Positions 12,828-25,228 of a DNA stretch of 39,052 nt are shown here, piece by piece; the first letter of the stretch is position 1, and each line of letters starts with the position of its first letter. The position numbers and the translations under genes were made by a program. The DNA is taken from the NCBI GenBank assembly GCA_051942165.1, contig JAVECS010000026.1, positions 1-39,052 of the forward strand, given 5' to 3'. Under the pieces are notes generated by a model. That model did no database searches. It saw only the letters and a program-made list of their open reading frames with translations, and was not told the origin of the DNA. The DNA is from Circinaria calcarea (taxonomy: Eukaryota).

Positions 12828-13682
12828 ATGGCATCCCTCTTGTTTGCGGCCGGTGCATTGGGCTATGACAGGTATGCTCTCTCTCTCTCACTTGCTCCAA
12901 CTCTCCCACTGCGCTAGATAATACCTTATCCTGTCTTCGCTGCTCCTTTCAACCTTTTCTTCCCATTCCCCACCCTTCTGCCAAACCTCACCGTCACCGC
13001 TCTCACTAACGCTCCCCATAGAGTCAAGAGCTCCCGCGCCAAACGGCACGAAGCCAAATCCACCGCCTCCGCCCGCTTCTCTGAACTCGAACAGGAGAAT
13101 CTCGAACGCCACCAACGCCTCCTGCACAATCAAATCTGCACATGCGCCCATCACACTCCTTGTCCCGTACACCCGCCATCACCCACCCTCACCTCCGCGA
13201 CCCTCTCACCCAACCCGACGGACCCGCATTCCCACAGCTCTCCCCGTGTCTCCAGCGATCCGTTCAGAGATAGCCTCGAAGTCGGCGGGGGAAGGAGCCA
13301 CGGCACCAGTATCGATGGCGCCAGGCGTAGCGGGGAGAGAATCACCGTAGGCGGACTCTTCGAGGCGAATGTGTTTGGGGAGTGCGGGCGGGAGAGAGAC
13401 GCGCCAGTACCTAGCCAAGGTGGCCTAGGAGGGAGTAGGAGAGGGAGTGAGGCAGAAGAGGAGTTACCGAGCGAGCCGCCACCGGAGTATCAACGATTGG
13501 AGGGGACGAACACCGAGGGGATTGTGGAGGGGCAGAGAGAGGTAGGCATTACGGATCCGGGTGCGGGTGCGGGTGCTGGGAAGAGCCCGGAGAAGAGGAA
13601 GAGGGGCCGGAGTTTGGGGAAGAAGCTGTTTGGGAGGAAGGGGGTTAACGGTGTCGAAGGAGCGAATGGCGTTGTGAGATGA
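12828..13682 (+). CDS. Small hypothetical protein (~234 aa) with a PPEY motif and basic C-terminus
   Basis: ATG in caacaccATG context. Exon 1 is 12828-12871, the GTATGC..CTAAC..CATAG intron is 12872-13021, and exon 2 is open to TGA: MASLLFAAGALGYDRVKSSRAKR..RFSELEQEN..EPPPEYQ..KRKRGRSLGKKLF. Confidence 0.75.
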
Positions 13683-15414
13683 GTCGAGGCAAGGCAAATG
13701 GAAGGCAATACCGGGGATTCGGAATGCGGGCAGTCAGGATTTTTGAAGGGCGTTTGGTCTGGGACTCGAGGATTACTCGGATTACTTGCATGACAGCAGA
13801 CTGAGAGAGCGTTTTAGCGGTGGTTTCTTGGCACATGGAATAACGCCCCAAATGGCTGTGATTTTGGTATCTTCTGGGGCGTTACGAAGTATTTGTTTCG
13901 AAAGAATTGGAATATTCGGAGAGGAGATAAACGGGGGCATAGTATGACTCTTGGGCTTTTCCCCCCTTTCTTCTCGCGTGGTTTGGATTTTGGATTTGAC
14001 TTTATATGATACCTATGACGATATTATTACAACATATTGATATTCTATCCCTCGAACTCCTCGTTCGACCGAGTCTGGCACCGAGAGAAAAAGAGAGAGA
14101 GAGTTTACAACGGAGTACCCGACACTAGTCAGTCCCTAATGAACTCGCCTCGCCTTGCCATACATACATACATTGCCTTGCCAAAAACGAAGGAACCCTT
14201 TTTTTTTCTCCATGAAAAACGGAAAAACGGAAAAATGGAAAGATGGAGAATGGGAGAATGGCATGGCCGAGCAGAATTGTTAAGCTGCAAAACCCGAGGG
14301 GGTTTTGGGGGAAAGGGGTGTCTAGAGGATGAAGATGATAGGACAAAAGATGGAGGTTTGAAGTTTAGAAAGTTTGGAGATTTGACGAAAAGGTCCCTAG
14401 ATACTTCCGCGCCGCTGCTCCTCTTTTTTACCTTTAACACCTTTTACCTTCCACCCGCCCCTTATCCGTTCCCCTACCGCAACAAGCCCATAACCAGACT
14501 ACCCCTGCTCTCTTATACTCTCTTGTGCGAGATATATACCGGCACGTGAAATCTTCATCTTCACCAGGAGCAGTCGCCAGTTAGCAGTTAGCACCGCGGC
14601 CTGTGGCCTATCGGTTTTAGTGTAGCTCTTTAAACTCTGTTACATAAGGTTTGTTGCGTAGGATTCGTTGGGGATATGGTTTACGCGTACTCATTACGTC
14701 TCGTACCTATTGCCCTCTTGTACAGGAAGTGAGTGAAAGGAAGATAAGGAAAATGGAGAAGGAGGAGGAAGGAACATGGAGGAGGAAGAAGGAAAAGGAA
14801 AATAGAAAAAAAGAAATGGTAAGGAGGAGGGGGTTATTGAGTATAATGTCCTTCCCTGTGTTTGAATATCTGATATACTCCGCTTTTCTTAACGGTGTGA
14901 CGGGGATGGGGCAGTCTCTTCGGAGAGAGTACGTTGGAAGTTTAATGTGGTCGCAGGCATAACAGATGTTAGCGTGGTTCTCTTGCAATAATCATAGAAG
15001 GCATACGGAGTAATAGTTTTGATATCATACAGAAAGCTAGAAAATACGTCGGAGGATACCTTCCATATTACACCTCCTTATTCTAAGAATTTGGGTATAC
15101 AGCCTTTGCTGAATATACCGGGGGTTGGTCGTGCGACTACGGAGTACAAGTCCTGACACTTCAGATTCGAGCCGCAGAAGCTCAGGAGCTTAGCGTTTCG
15201 CTGACATAATAATGCGGCGTCAGCTGCCCTTTGGAGGCTGGAGACAAGCTCGACCTGCATGTAACAGGACCGAGTCAAACATCCATCCCGACTTCATACT
15301 TCCTTTCATTTCCAAGTCATTCAGCTTATCCCTCTGGCGCTGCATTACTTCTGAGATTTGATGAGCATTTGAAAGAATCTCTACATCCCTAGCTTTAGAA
15401 GGACCTCTACCATC

Positions 15415-17157
15415 ATGAGAGTCCTCATGTCGTCCCTCCTAGCAGGAGCAGCCAGTGCAGCTATTGCGCCACAGCAACTTGTACTACAGCAACCCAAGAG
15501 CATCGCAAACGCTTGGTCAAAACCGCTCCACGAACTTCACGAGTCTTTCAACTCGATGACCTCGGAGGCACGCGCCATCTGGGATGAAGTCGCCATGATG
15601 TTTCCCGACGCCATGGACAAGGCTAGCTTCTTCTCGACTCCCAAAAAACACACTCGACGGCCCGACAGTCAGTGGGATCATATCGTCAAGGGCGCAGATG
15701 TCCAGAGCATTTGGGTAGAGAACAAGAAGGGCGAGAAGGAGAGGGAGGTTGACGGGAAGCTTGAAGATTACAGCTTAAGAGCGAAGAAGGTCGACCCCAG
15801 CGCTCTTGGCGTTGATCCAGGTGTCAAGCAGTACAGTGGCTATTTGGACGATGACAAGAATGACAAGCACCTCTTCTACTGTGAGTAGTTGGAGCTGACG
15901 TTGTGATGCTCTCAAATTAACGTTACGTTAGGGTTCTTTGAATCTAGAAATGACCCTAAGAATGATCCCGTCGTATTATGGCTGAATGGCGGCCCAGGCT
16001 GTTCCTCTCTCACGGGTCTTTTCCTCGAACTCGGTCCGTCCAGAATCGACGAAAACCTTGAACTCGTATATAACCCATATTCATGGAATGCAAACGCCTC
16101 CGTCATATTTCTAGACCAACCGGTGAACGTCGGATTCTCCTACAGTGGCGGCTCTGTGAGCAACACCGTCGCAGCTGGGAAGGACGTCTATGCCCTCCTC
16201 ACTCTGTTCTTTAAACAATTCCCAGAGTATGCTCATCAGGACTTTCATATTGCAGGCGAATCCTATGCTGGCCATTACATCCCAGTGTTCACCTCCGAGA
16301 TCCTCAGCCACAAGAAGCGGAACATCAACCTAAAGTCCGTCCTTATTGGTAATGGTCTCACCGACGGCCTAACACAATATGAATATTACAGACCAATGGC
16401 CTGTGGTGACGGTGGATGGCCTGCTGTTCTTGATGAAAGCGAATGTCAAGCAATGGACAACGCTCTTCCTCGATGTGAATCACTTATTAAGAGCTGCTAT
16501 GACAGTGAAAGTGTTTGGTCATGTGTTCCCGCTTCGATTTATTGTAACAACGCTATGATCGGCCCTTATCAGCGAACTGGCCAGAACGTCTACGACGTCC
16601 GAGGAAAGTGCGAGGATACTGGAAATCTTTGTTACAAGGAACTTGGTTATATCACAAAATGGCTCAACCAGCCAGCAGTACTGGAAAGTCTCGGTGCTGA
16701 GGTCTCGAGCTATGATAGCTGCAACTTTGACATTAACCGCAACTTTCTCTTCCAGGGTGACTGGATGAAACCCTTCCACCGCCTGGTACCCAACATCATT
16801 ACAGAAATCCCCGTTTTGATTTATGCTGTAAGTTTCCCCCAACTCATTAAGAAATGCTTTAACCTAATACATTATTCTTCTACACAGGGCGACGCCGACT
16901 TTATCTGCAACTGGCTAGGCAACCAAGCCTGGGCCAACGCGCTCGAATGGCCCGGCAAGAAAGCCTTTAACAACGCCGAGACCGTGGACCTCAAGATTGA
17001 CGGCGTACCCGACGGACGCAAGATTGGAGAGGTGAAGAGCAGTGGCAACTTTACGTTTATGAGACTGCATGCTGGTGGGCATATGGTACCTTTGGATCAG
17101 CCGGAGGCGAGCTTGGAGTTCTTTAACCGGTGGATTGGGGGTGAGTGGATGGGTTAG
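15415..17157 (+). CDS. cpyA: Carboxypeptidase Y (serine carboxypeptidase S10, vacuolar)
   Basis: Signal and propeptide, then [24 protein letters not shown] (catalytic Ser), GDADFICN and GGHMVP. Two introns, near 15881-15931 and 16828-16887. Confidence 0.96.
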
Positions 17158-17856
17158 TGGCCGAGGCGGTAAATCGAGAGTGTCATATGGGCTTCTATCA
17201 TCAGAGTTTTCTCGGTTGCTGCTGTAGTTTCTGATAGTGGACTGGGAGGAGTAGAGCGGTGTACACATTGCATATCTTAATTGGATTACAGCCATTTGGG
17301 ACAGAGACGTAGAGGATTGAAGTTGGCACAGTGATGCACTAGTCAGCGTTGTCGAAGTCATCAATCAGACTTGAGAATTCTTGATATTGCGTTGACGGGA
17401 GTTCTTGTATAGTACAACATCCTCGACGCTTTGAGTAATCAAAACATCAATATCAATCTAAATAAAAAAAACACTTACATACCTTGATTAAACATTGGAG
17501 TGCAAAAGTCACACCGTTCAAAACAGCTGGAATGTCAGAGGTGCTTCATTGTGGGCTATCACAACCCCACAAGTGTTGACGGCAACTTTCTCGTTTGATT
17601 CTTTACATTTACCTATAGCGTAATAAAAGTGCCGAACTGGGCTTCATTCCCTCGACCTCGTAAACCATATAATTTGTGTCTTTGGATTGAAGAGGCAAAC
17701 GAGGAAAAGTGGACGGCATATTACAATGGGGCCCTATCATTTCCGCGCTGGAAGGCTGCATGCAGCAGTACATACTTGGACTCCTCTCAAGCCGAGAAGT
17801 GGAGTGAGTCATACCGGTAGGTCTGTAATAGACCCGAATAATAAGAGAAGTAGGTA

Positions 17857-18915
17857 TTAATCACTGCTATATTTCTTGATCACGCCTTCGAGTGCGTGCA
17901 TCAAAGCCCCTTTCCTGTTGTCGTCACACCAGCTCCCATTTACTGCTGCAGTTGCAATCCGCTCCCACTCTTTCATAGACAGGCCAAAGGTCTCCTGCAC
18001 AGCACAATAGTTGTCCAATATGTATCCTCCGAAATAGGCCGGATCGTCACTGTTGACGGAGAAATTGATTCCTCGGTCGAGAAATGTCCTGATCGGAAGA
18101 TCCTTCACACTCTTGACACATTGCAGCCTCACGTTCGAAAGGGGACACATTGTGACCAGGTACCCCTTTCTTGCAACCTCATCTATCAATCCTTCATCAT
18201 CCGCTATCCGTATCCCATGGTCAATCCTCATCACATCCAGATGCTCGATTGCTCCCTTGACGGACTCCGCATCCCCTTCTTCTCCAGCATGCGCCGTCCG
18301 TCTTATCCCTGTCTCCCTGGCCGTCTGGTAAACCGTCTTGAACAACTCTGGCGGGAATCCTTTCTCGCTAGAATCCAGGCCGATTCCTGCCAATGTTCCA
18401 TCTAGTAAATCTCCCTTGGCCGCTTCAAACGTGCTAGCGGCCTCGGGTACAGGCAGGTGCCGTAAGAAACACAGGATGAGCAAAGTACTCATCCCAAACG
18501 CCTTTTCGGCTCTCCTGCAGGCTCTAACAAACCCCTCCACAACGGTCTTGTATGCCACGCCCCTTCCCGTGTGTGCTTGTGGGTCGAAGGATACCTCGGC
18601 ATGTACCACCCCGTCCTTGTTCGCGCGGCAGAAATATTCCCACGCTAGGGCCTCGAAGTCTTCGACGGTCAGCAGGACGCTCATACCGATGAAGTAATAG
18701 TGGAGAAAATCATCGAGGGAAGTGAATCGAGCGTAGCGATCTAGCAGATGGGAAGGAGATGCGAAGGACGGGTCCTCCGCAGGGGAAGGCAAGGAAACCT
18801 CGTTCTGGCGGGCGAGGGAGAACAGGAGGTCTGGGGACAGGGAGCCCTCGAGATGCATGTGGTGTTCACATTTAGGCAAGGCGGCAAGGAATGAATGGAG
18901 GAGATGTTGACACAT
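17857..18915 (-). CDS. AAH1: Adenine deaminase (adenosine/AMP deaminase superfamily)
   Basis: Intronless 352-aa ORF: LPKCEHHMHLEGSL, SFDPQAHT, GIGLDSSE, TAHAGEEG, RIDHG, CPLSN, NSDDPAYFGGY. Confidence 0.92.
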   Translation of the reverse strand: MCQHLLHSFLAALPKCEHHMHLEGSLSPDLLFSLARQNEVSLPSPAEDPSFASPSHLLDRYARFTSLDDFLHYYFIGMSVLLTVEDFEALAWEYFCRANKDGVVHAEVSFDPQAHTGRGVAYKTVVEGFVRACRRAEKAFGMSTLLILCFLRHLPVPEAASTFEAAKGDLLDGTLAGIGLDSSEKGFPPELFKTVYQTARETGIRRTAHAGEEGDAESVKGAIEHLDVMRIDHGIRIADDEGLIDEVARKGYLVTMCPLSNVRLQCVKSVKDLPIRTFLDRGINFSVNSDDPAYFGGYILDNYCAVQETFGLSMKEWERIATAAVNGSWCDDNRKGALMHALEGVIKKYSSD

Positions 18916-19140
18916 GGGGGGCCGAACTGATTGTGGATGGGTCTGGACAGTATTTCTATTTTAACGGGGGCAGGAAATTGGAAGTGGCAGAGCCGTCCTG
19001 TGATGTATCAGACGGCGGTTGTTAAGGTGAGGAGATGTTGGAAATGTAACGCTGAAAGAAGATTGTATACTTTATTTCTCCCAGTTGTGCCTCTGAAATC
19101 TTCCCCAGAATTTCGCCTATTTTAAGGGGGTTGAGACAGG

Positions 19141-19160
19141 CATCGATAATCTATGATAAG
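19141..19160. promoter_or_regulatory. Paired GATAA sites upstream of adenine deaminase (candidate nitrogen GATA-factor sites)
   Basis: catcGATAAtctatGATAAg lies ~230 nt upstream of the ATG. Purine catabolism genes are often under AreA/NIT2 control, so the role is an inference. Confidence 0.3.
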
Positions 19161-19965
19161 GGCCCACGGGCCATAGCGCGCGCATGGAGGTGTCGTGCAT
19201 ACGGTACTCGTTATACGGAGTGCTCAACTTCGTTCAGCGATCTGGTGCATTCGTTCAATTAACAGCAGCAGTAGGAAACCGAAGATTCTGCAGTTTCTCG
19301 TGATAGAGCTCCTCGCTCAATATGAAGTGAGTGAGCTCGGTTCCTACTTTTTCGTTTGAGGTGATTCGGTTACCCTGCGCTCCGCCTCTTGAAACGCTAC
19401 CTTTGTATACCTTCAATTTCGCCTTGCCACCTAGCCAAGACACTGGGTGCTACCTTTAAAAGAAGCTATCTTTGTCCCGGAAAAGCTTAAATCCGTTCAC
19501 GAGCGTCCCGCCTGAACTCCTTGTCTTTACATCATCCTTAGATATTTACATGGTCTGAAACTTTAGAATAGATGGAATGTAGCTGAGCACTCAGCTGCTA
19601 CACATATCTAACCTTGCTAAACACGGTAGTCTTTCACCAAATCTAGATTGTGCAAAGGCAGTTGGTGGCACTGTTCACGGTGCGGCAGGCAAAACATATT
19701 GGCTCGCATGCATGTCGTTGGAGGAGGAGACTACCATCTCCGGACCTCGTATGGAGCGGGAACCGAACCCACATGGGGAGGCACCGTCAACGATGACCTT
19801 GCTCTCGATTCCCGTCCAGTGCCTTGGGGATCCATAGGAAAGATATAAATATGGAGTACCTTCCTCCTCTTCTACTCACCATCGCATAGTCTCTTCTTCA
19901 CTCCCTCACCAAGCATACTCCAGAATCCAAGAACCCCCTCTCAAGTAGCCTTCCAAGTTACAATC

Positions 19966-20942
19966 ATGCAGCTTTTCTTCTCCCTTGCCTGCCTATCAAT
20001 GGCTGCCATGACAGTGGCTCTGGTCCCTTTTCCAATTGAGGAGCGTTCCATTGGATCATCCTGCTCCACACCCGTACGCACTTGGCCTTGCACATGACCC
20101 CTGTTATACTAAAGGATCATAGGATGGTGGTGGAACTTGCCAAAAGACATCCAGCTGCACTAGCCAAGGCTTCAATCTCAAGGGGTGCCGCCCCAATGAT
20201 GCCGCCGATATTTAATGCTGCGTCAAGAAAAGCTGCAGCACTTCACAAGGTTCGGGCATCTGTCTGAACACGGGTGATGGATCCAGCGGCGGGAGCTTTG
20301 TTTCCGGTGCCTGCCCAGGAGACAGCACAATTAAAGTGAGGCCCTACCGTTCTCCTTTCACACGAACATTCACTAAATCGGCTTTGAAAGTGCTGTGTCA
20401 AAGCTACCCCGGGTAGCGGAGGTTCAGGTGGAGGATCAGGTATCGTCAGCGCGGCTGTAAAACAAGAAGGACTGCCATATGTATGGGGCGGAGGAGGATG
20501 TTCCGGCCCATCAGGTGGTGGATTCGACTGCTCTGGTAATCGACGCTCATCCTACTTTGCCACTTGTCGGACCAGGCTAAATTGTGTCTTCTCCAGGACT
20601 TACTCAGTACGCTATCTGCAAAGCAGAAGGTAAAGCAATTCCGCAGACCGCCCAGACTCAATATCGCAGCAGCATGGGCCGCCATCTTCCCCGCTCCCAA
20701 GCACAAGCAGGTGATTTGATCTTCTGGGCAAAGGATGGTGATTGCGCGAATCGCGTTTCGCATGTCGGCATCTTCATCAAGACCGACTGGATGGTCAACG
20801 CAGCTCGTACCGGGAGTCCAGTCAGGGAGCAGTCCATCTGGACATCTAGCGGTGGCGTATCCTTTTGCCCGGATGTAGTTAGGTAAGCTATACGACCCTC
20901 TGGTAATCCCAAACTCTGCTAATGGTCGGTAGATTTTGGTAA
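19966..20942 (+). pseudogene. Secreted NlpC/P60 peptidoglycan endopeptidase with two Cys-rich N-terminal repeats; premature TAA at 20213-20215
   Basis: Five exons (19966-20073, 20123-20335, 20391-20535, 20597-20882, 20933-20942). Translation: signal peptide, ..PNDAADI*CCVKK..GACPGDSTIK|CCVK, Gly linker, LPYVWGGGG..FDCSGL..QAGDLIFW..SHVGIF..VNA..VVRFW*. Confidence 0.85.
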
Positions 20943-21344
20943 GGAAATTGGCATCAAGTCGTCGTGATCGACCATGGGCAAGGGATATTTACAACATCAA
21001 TCAAATCTGGCGGGGGGGGGCTCAAGTAATCAAAGTGCTACGAGTGCTAGAAAACATGTACTGAAATGCTTTACCGTTCTTCCAACAATCCATTTATAAT
21101 GTTTCCACACATCTCCTCCCTCTCTTACGTTCTTCAGTCGCTAGTTGCAAAAGTAATTAAGGAAGAGAAATCAATGATATCAGACGAGTGCCCATCAGTA
21201 CCTTTTGATATTTCACATGGATTTGAAACCGGTGAGCAAAATTCGGCACCGAACTTCACCGGTGGATCTATGTGAACTCTCACGTATATAATTTATACTT
21301 CTAAGCATTAGGAAGTTTGGAAACATGGTGATTTACAACTTGAT

Positions 21345-21526
21345 TCGAGGCGGGTGAGCCAGAAGTCGCTGCCGGACACAACAGGATACTGGAGGACCCC
21401 CTTACATATACATCACGGCTGGTCGATTCACACAAGACCTTGCATGTATAGGAGTCTTGTTGAAGACTCGCGCGGTAGGTAGTGGGAATTTTCAGCAGCA
21501 ACGCCTTTCGCACACCGGCCTCGAAT
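21345..21526 (-). repeat. Dispersed repeat / coding relic, copy 2 (homologous to 1509-1738)
   Basis: Minus-strand translation FEAGVRKALL..PTTYRASLQQDSYT..STSRDVYVRG matches copy 1, FEAGVQKSLP..PIIYSASL*QDFYT..STSCDVYVRG. Confidence 0.85.
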
Positions 21527-24500
21527 TGTTTTACATGGACCGGCAGTGTGAACCGAGCCTCTTGCTTACCCTCCCTACGGTGATGGTTTAACACTTCCCG
21601 TCGGAGTTACATGGACTAATCAAATATCGGGTTGAGATGGGATTTCGCCACCAGAACTGTGTTGTCGGATACCTGTTGGCTTGCTATTTATTGTATCGGA
21701 TAAGTTTGATGTACTGCAGTCATCCAGTGTAATGCATCTCAGTCTCATTCGTAGTTTGGTGCTCTTCAACTGCTGCTTGAGACAACACCGGCGGAAACTG
21801 TAAAAAGCTGGCCCCACTCGACGGCAAAATCGGGGACATGCAACAGCGGCTTCACCCGTGAAAAGAGCGGGAGCCTATACCCTCCCCCCGGTCTGTTACC
21901 CGCAAGCCAACGATGCGCCTCCACGATCCTTCGGATCATAGAATTCCGCCTGAGGAAGGAAGAAGTCGTCCGATGCTTAAAATAGAGGGTCAAGAGCCGC
22001 TTCTGGAAGCAGGTCGCATCGGTAGTACCTTAGACTACCGGCACATCTAGCTTGAATCGGAAGATCTGTAGATCCTCGAGGCTTCGAAACACTGTTCTCT
22101 CGAGCTGCAAGGACAAACATACACAGCCCCCTCTAATTATAGAATGATAGCTGGAAGGTTTTGTCCTGGCTGTCATTGTATCTGAAGCACGCATATTATC
22201 ATTATGATGAGAAAGAAAATTGTCAACCCATCACCTATGGGGGCGGTTCAGCCACATACGCAAGACCCCGTGGATTCTGACGGGAAGGGGTGGTCGCGAA
22301 ACCTGATTTGGCCCCAATCAGTCGTATCTTAGCGCAAGTCAGCGACCCGGTAGGGGTCCATTATCTTTCCCCATCTCCACGGCATAACGGTTTTTCGTGA
22401 CACATGCGGTTGCTGGGTGCCTGAAGTGGCTCCCCTGCCTGCACCCACAGGTAGATTAGGGCTTCAATTACTATAGGGTCCTTCCTGACCAATGGCCCTT
22501 TCGAGCCTAGCCACCTTGTTTGGGCTTTGCCATCAGCCACACCTGCCCTCTTTTGCCCAAATAGTCCCCATTCCCTAGCCTTCGCGCCTGACGTCGTTAC
22601 TGACGTCGAGGCTCAAAGGTCGACTATATCCGCCCATACGGTAGTGGACAATATACAGCTGGTTGAAAACTGGAGGTAACTGGTACAATGACCTACGCAC
22701 GCGATGATCTCAGGAGTGTATTCATCATCATTTCATTTGCTGCTAATACTGTATCATGGTTGCACATAATCGATCAAATAGCGGTTTGACAGAATGCAAT
22801 GTGCTCATCGCGACTGGGGTCTTGGACGTTGGCAGCTGTTCTCCCGGGAGAACCTAATCCTTTAGAGTTCGCCGATCAGCAGTGTAGCGTGGATGGTTAG
22901 TGTGCTATATTTAACATGGCGATCGGTCGTGATGGAGCCATTGTGGATTCTGGAGAACATCACCTTTCGGTCAATCCTCTACTGGATCTCACGCCGTCCA
23001 AGCCGAGTGGTCTCCATTGTCAAGGTCAAGGTGGATACGGTCCTTACAGTAAACAGTGCCAGTCGGACACGATGCCGTCCTCGGCTAGATGACTGCAGGC
23101 CACATGTGCAAGACATTCTGTTCAACGGTCAAGGTTGTCCGGGCATCAAAGTTTGGTCCGGCTCTCTCTTGCTGCATGCGCCGGGCAATGGATTTCCGAT
23201 CAATCAGGAGAGGCACACATGAAGTGCTAGCATCAGAAGCGGCGCAGGTAGACCTTTGACGTGAGTTGAATCACCACCTCGAATGCGAATGACGGCATAT
23301 CTTCAATATCTCCATCGCTTCGACCGGAGATCTCAACGTTCTACGAGTGCATATGTACCTACATGTCGTACCTACCTTAGGCACGCAGAGTTATCATATC
23401 TTGCAGATTCGAAGGATGCGGTGAGCTGTCAATCAAACGCAGGCTGCAGATCAGCCGTGCCTAGTTACCCAGCGCCGCCTAGGGTTAGCCCCGAAGAGGT
23501 ATCAGCCCCTGCTAGCTCCCGATCCCTAATCAACTACAAGACCACATGGTTTAGAACGCATGCCATGAGGGAATCGTCTGGAGATCTAGATCGGGAGCGA
23601 ACTGCTAGGACACTCGGCGCAAATGGCTGATGAGGTTATCGGGCAGTGGCGTGCTGCTAATGGCAATGGGAGAAAGTGCAGCAAATCAGAAGGAGGGAGT
23701 GACAACGGCAGAGGGGCCCAAAACACACGACCCGAGATCGCCACTATCCCCTAGCCGCGCCCTCCGAATAAGATCTGGGAACCTCTCCAGATGGAGCCCC
23801 CCCCCTGTAGCCCTACGTTACCAGGGGGACCTGGGATCTCTGCTTAAAGGTTAAATTAATTAAAGGAGATCCTCCATCATCTGATATCCAGCTCCCCTAC
23901 TCCGTACCGAACTTTAATGCGCATGGCCTGGAGGTGATATCTGAACGATCGGCAGCAGACGTCCGCGAAGGGGTATATCTTTCCCCCCCGTCCTGCTATT
24001 TCTGCCGCAATCGTTCCAACAGGACGACGAAATCGACCGGATTTCTGTGGCCGTTCTTCAATCCGCCCTGGCATCAGTAGGAAAACATGGACTTGTCGAT
24101 CATCCCCTCTGCTAGACGCCCAGACGCCCGTTGCCCCCGTGTGACGCTAGCCTTCAGGGAGCATAACGCAACTCGGTGCTTTGGGTTGGGCCCGACTGGT
24201 GTAGTTGCATCCATGGCGGTCGTCCCTGGGTGTGTGTGATCCGCCCCGCGCCTCACACCTGCGCTTGACCCTCTATCATGGATAACCTGTCCGCGGAATC
24301 TAATTCTGGAGACTGGCCGTTGAGCTTCTTACTCATAGCGCGCTCAGGTGACGGCTGTTCTATTGGCCAGATTCACATAATGGGAGGGAGTTGCCGGTCT
24401 ATCTGTCGCCCGATCGAGCTCGTTCAGTTGTATTTCGTTTGGTGCGGGTTACCTTGGGGGTTGATCTCGTGTCGTTTTCGACCGCTACGGCCTATCAATG

Positions 24501-25228
24501 CCCAAGTGGGTGGAGTAGCATTAGCCCAGGCAGTTATCCCCTTCCCCCACAGATCCGGGGTGAATGATGTTTATCCCTCCTTGACGCCGGCACCACTTGA
24601 TAGCGCTTATCCCAGTGACCCATTCGCAAATTAACTTTCCCTACCCCTGTTCTGTCAGGAAACCCGTCCCGACTACCGACCAGTTTAGGGCACGGAGCTG
24701 CTGCATTGCATCCGGATGGCTGTTCACCGGGTACTAAACCGTGCTCGGGAGCCCTTGGCGCTAGCATCCTCAAGACCTAAATGATCTACGTTCTTACTAC
24801 TGACGGAAGGGAAGGTTCTGCAAGTGGCAATAGATCTGTCATTGCTCTTCATCAGGAGCAGCGTTGTCACGAAAGCCGTAACCCCATCTTGTGACTATAA
24901 TTATCGTTTCTCTACTAGAGGGCTCGATACCCGCTCCAAGTCCCCGTTCATAAGGTTACACATGCTGTACTTTTTCCTGACCCATGTACCCGTTTCTACC
25001 TGACCCTCGGGATTCTCCATCCCTCAAGATGTCCCGATTCCTTTCTCCCTTTGCAAGTCTCATCGTCACCCGTTTCTCGTTCCTCTCCCTTTCACTAGCT
25101 CAAGGGGTTCATTGCATTTGACTTTCTATCGGACATACGCCATTCCAGCCTAATCGAAAGAGCCGGAATGAGATTCTCTTCATGAGCCAAGTTAAGTCCT
25201 GGTAGTTTGGCCAAGTCAGTTCGGGCGG

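Noticed and set aside
14037..14549. 170-aa plus-strand ORF
   Set aside because: It runs through low-complexity purine and short 8-nt repeats (gaaaaacg) and starts at a TTG. No domain is recognisable.
14595..14660. tRNA-like 5' start (GGCCTGTGGCCTATCGG)
   Set aside because: No T-loop GTTCGA motif or matching acceptor stem downstream.
9911..18915. Purine-salvage gene cluster (nucleotidase-like protein plus adenine deaminase)
   Set aside because: Separated by unrelated genes with no shared motif seen, so proximity is likely coincidental.
22204..22280. ATGATGA...CTGA spacing typical of a C/D-box snoRNA
   Set aside because: No terminal stem, no clear C'/D' boxes and no antisense rRNA guide that I can recognise. 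An Rfam/snoscan run would be needed.
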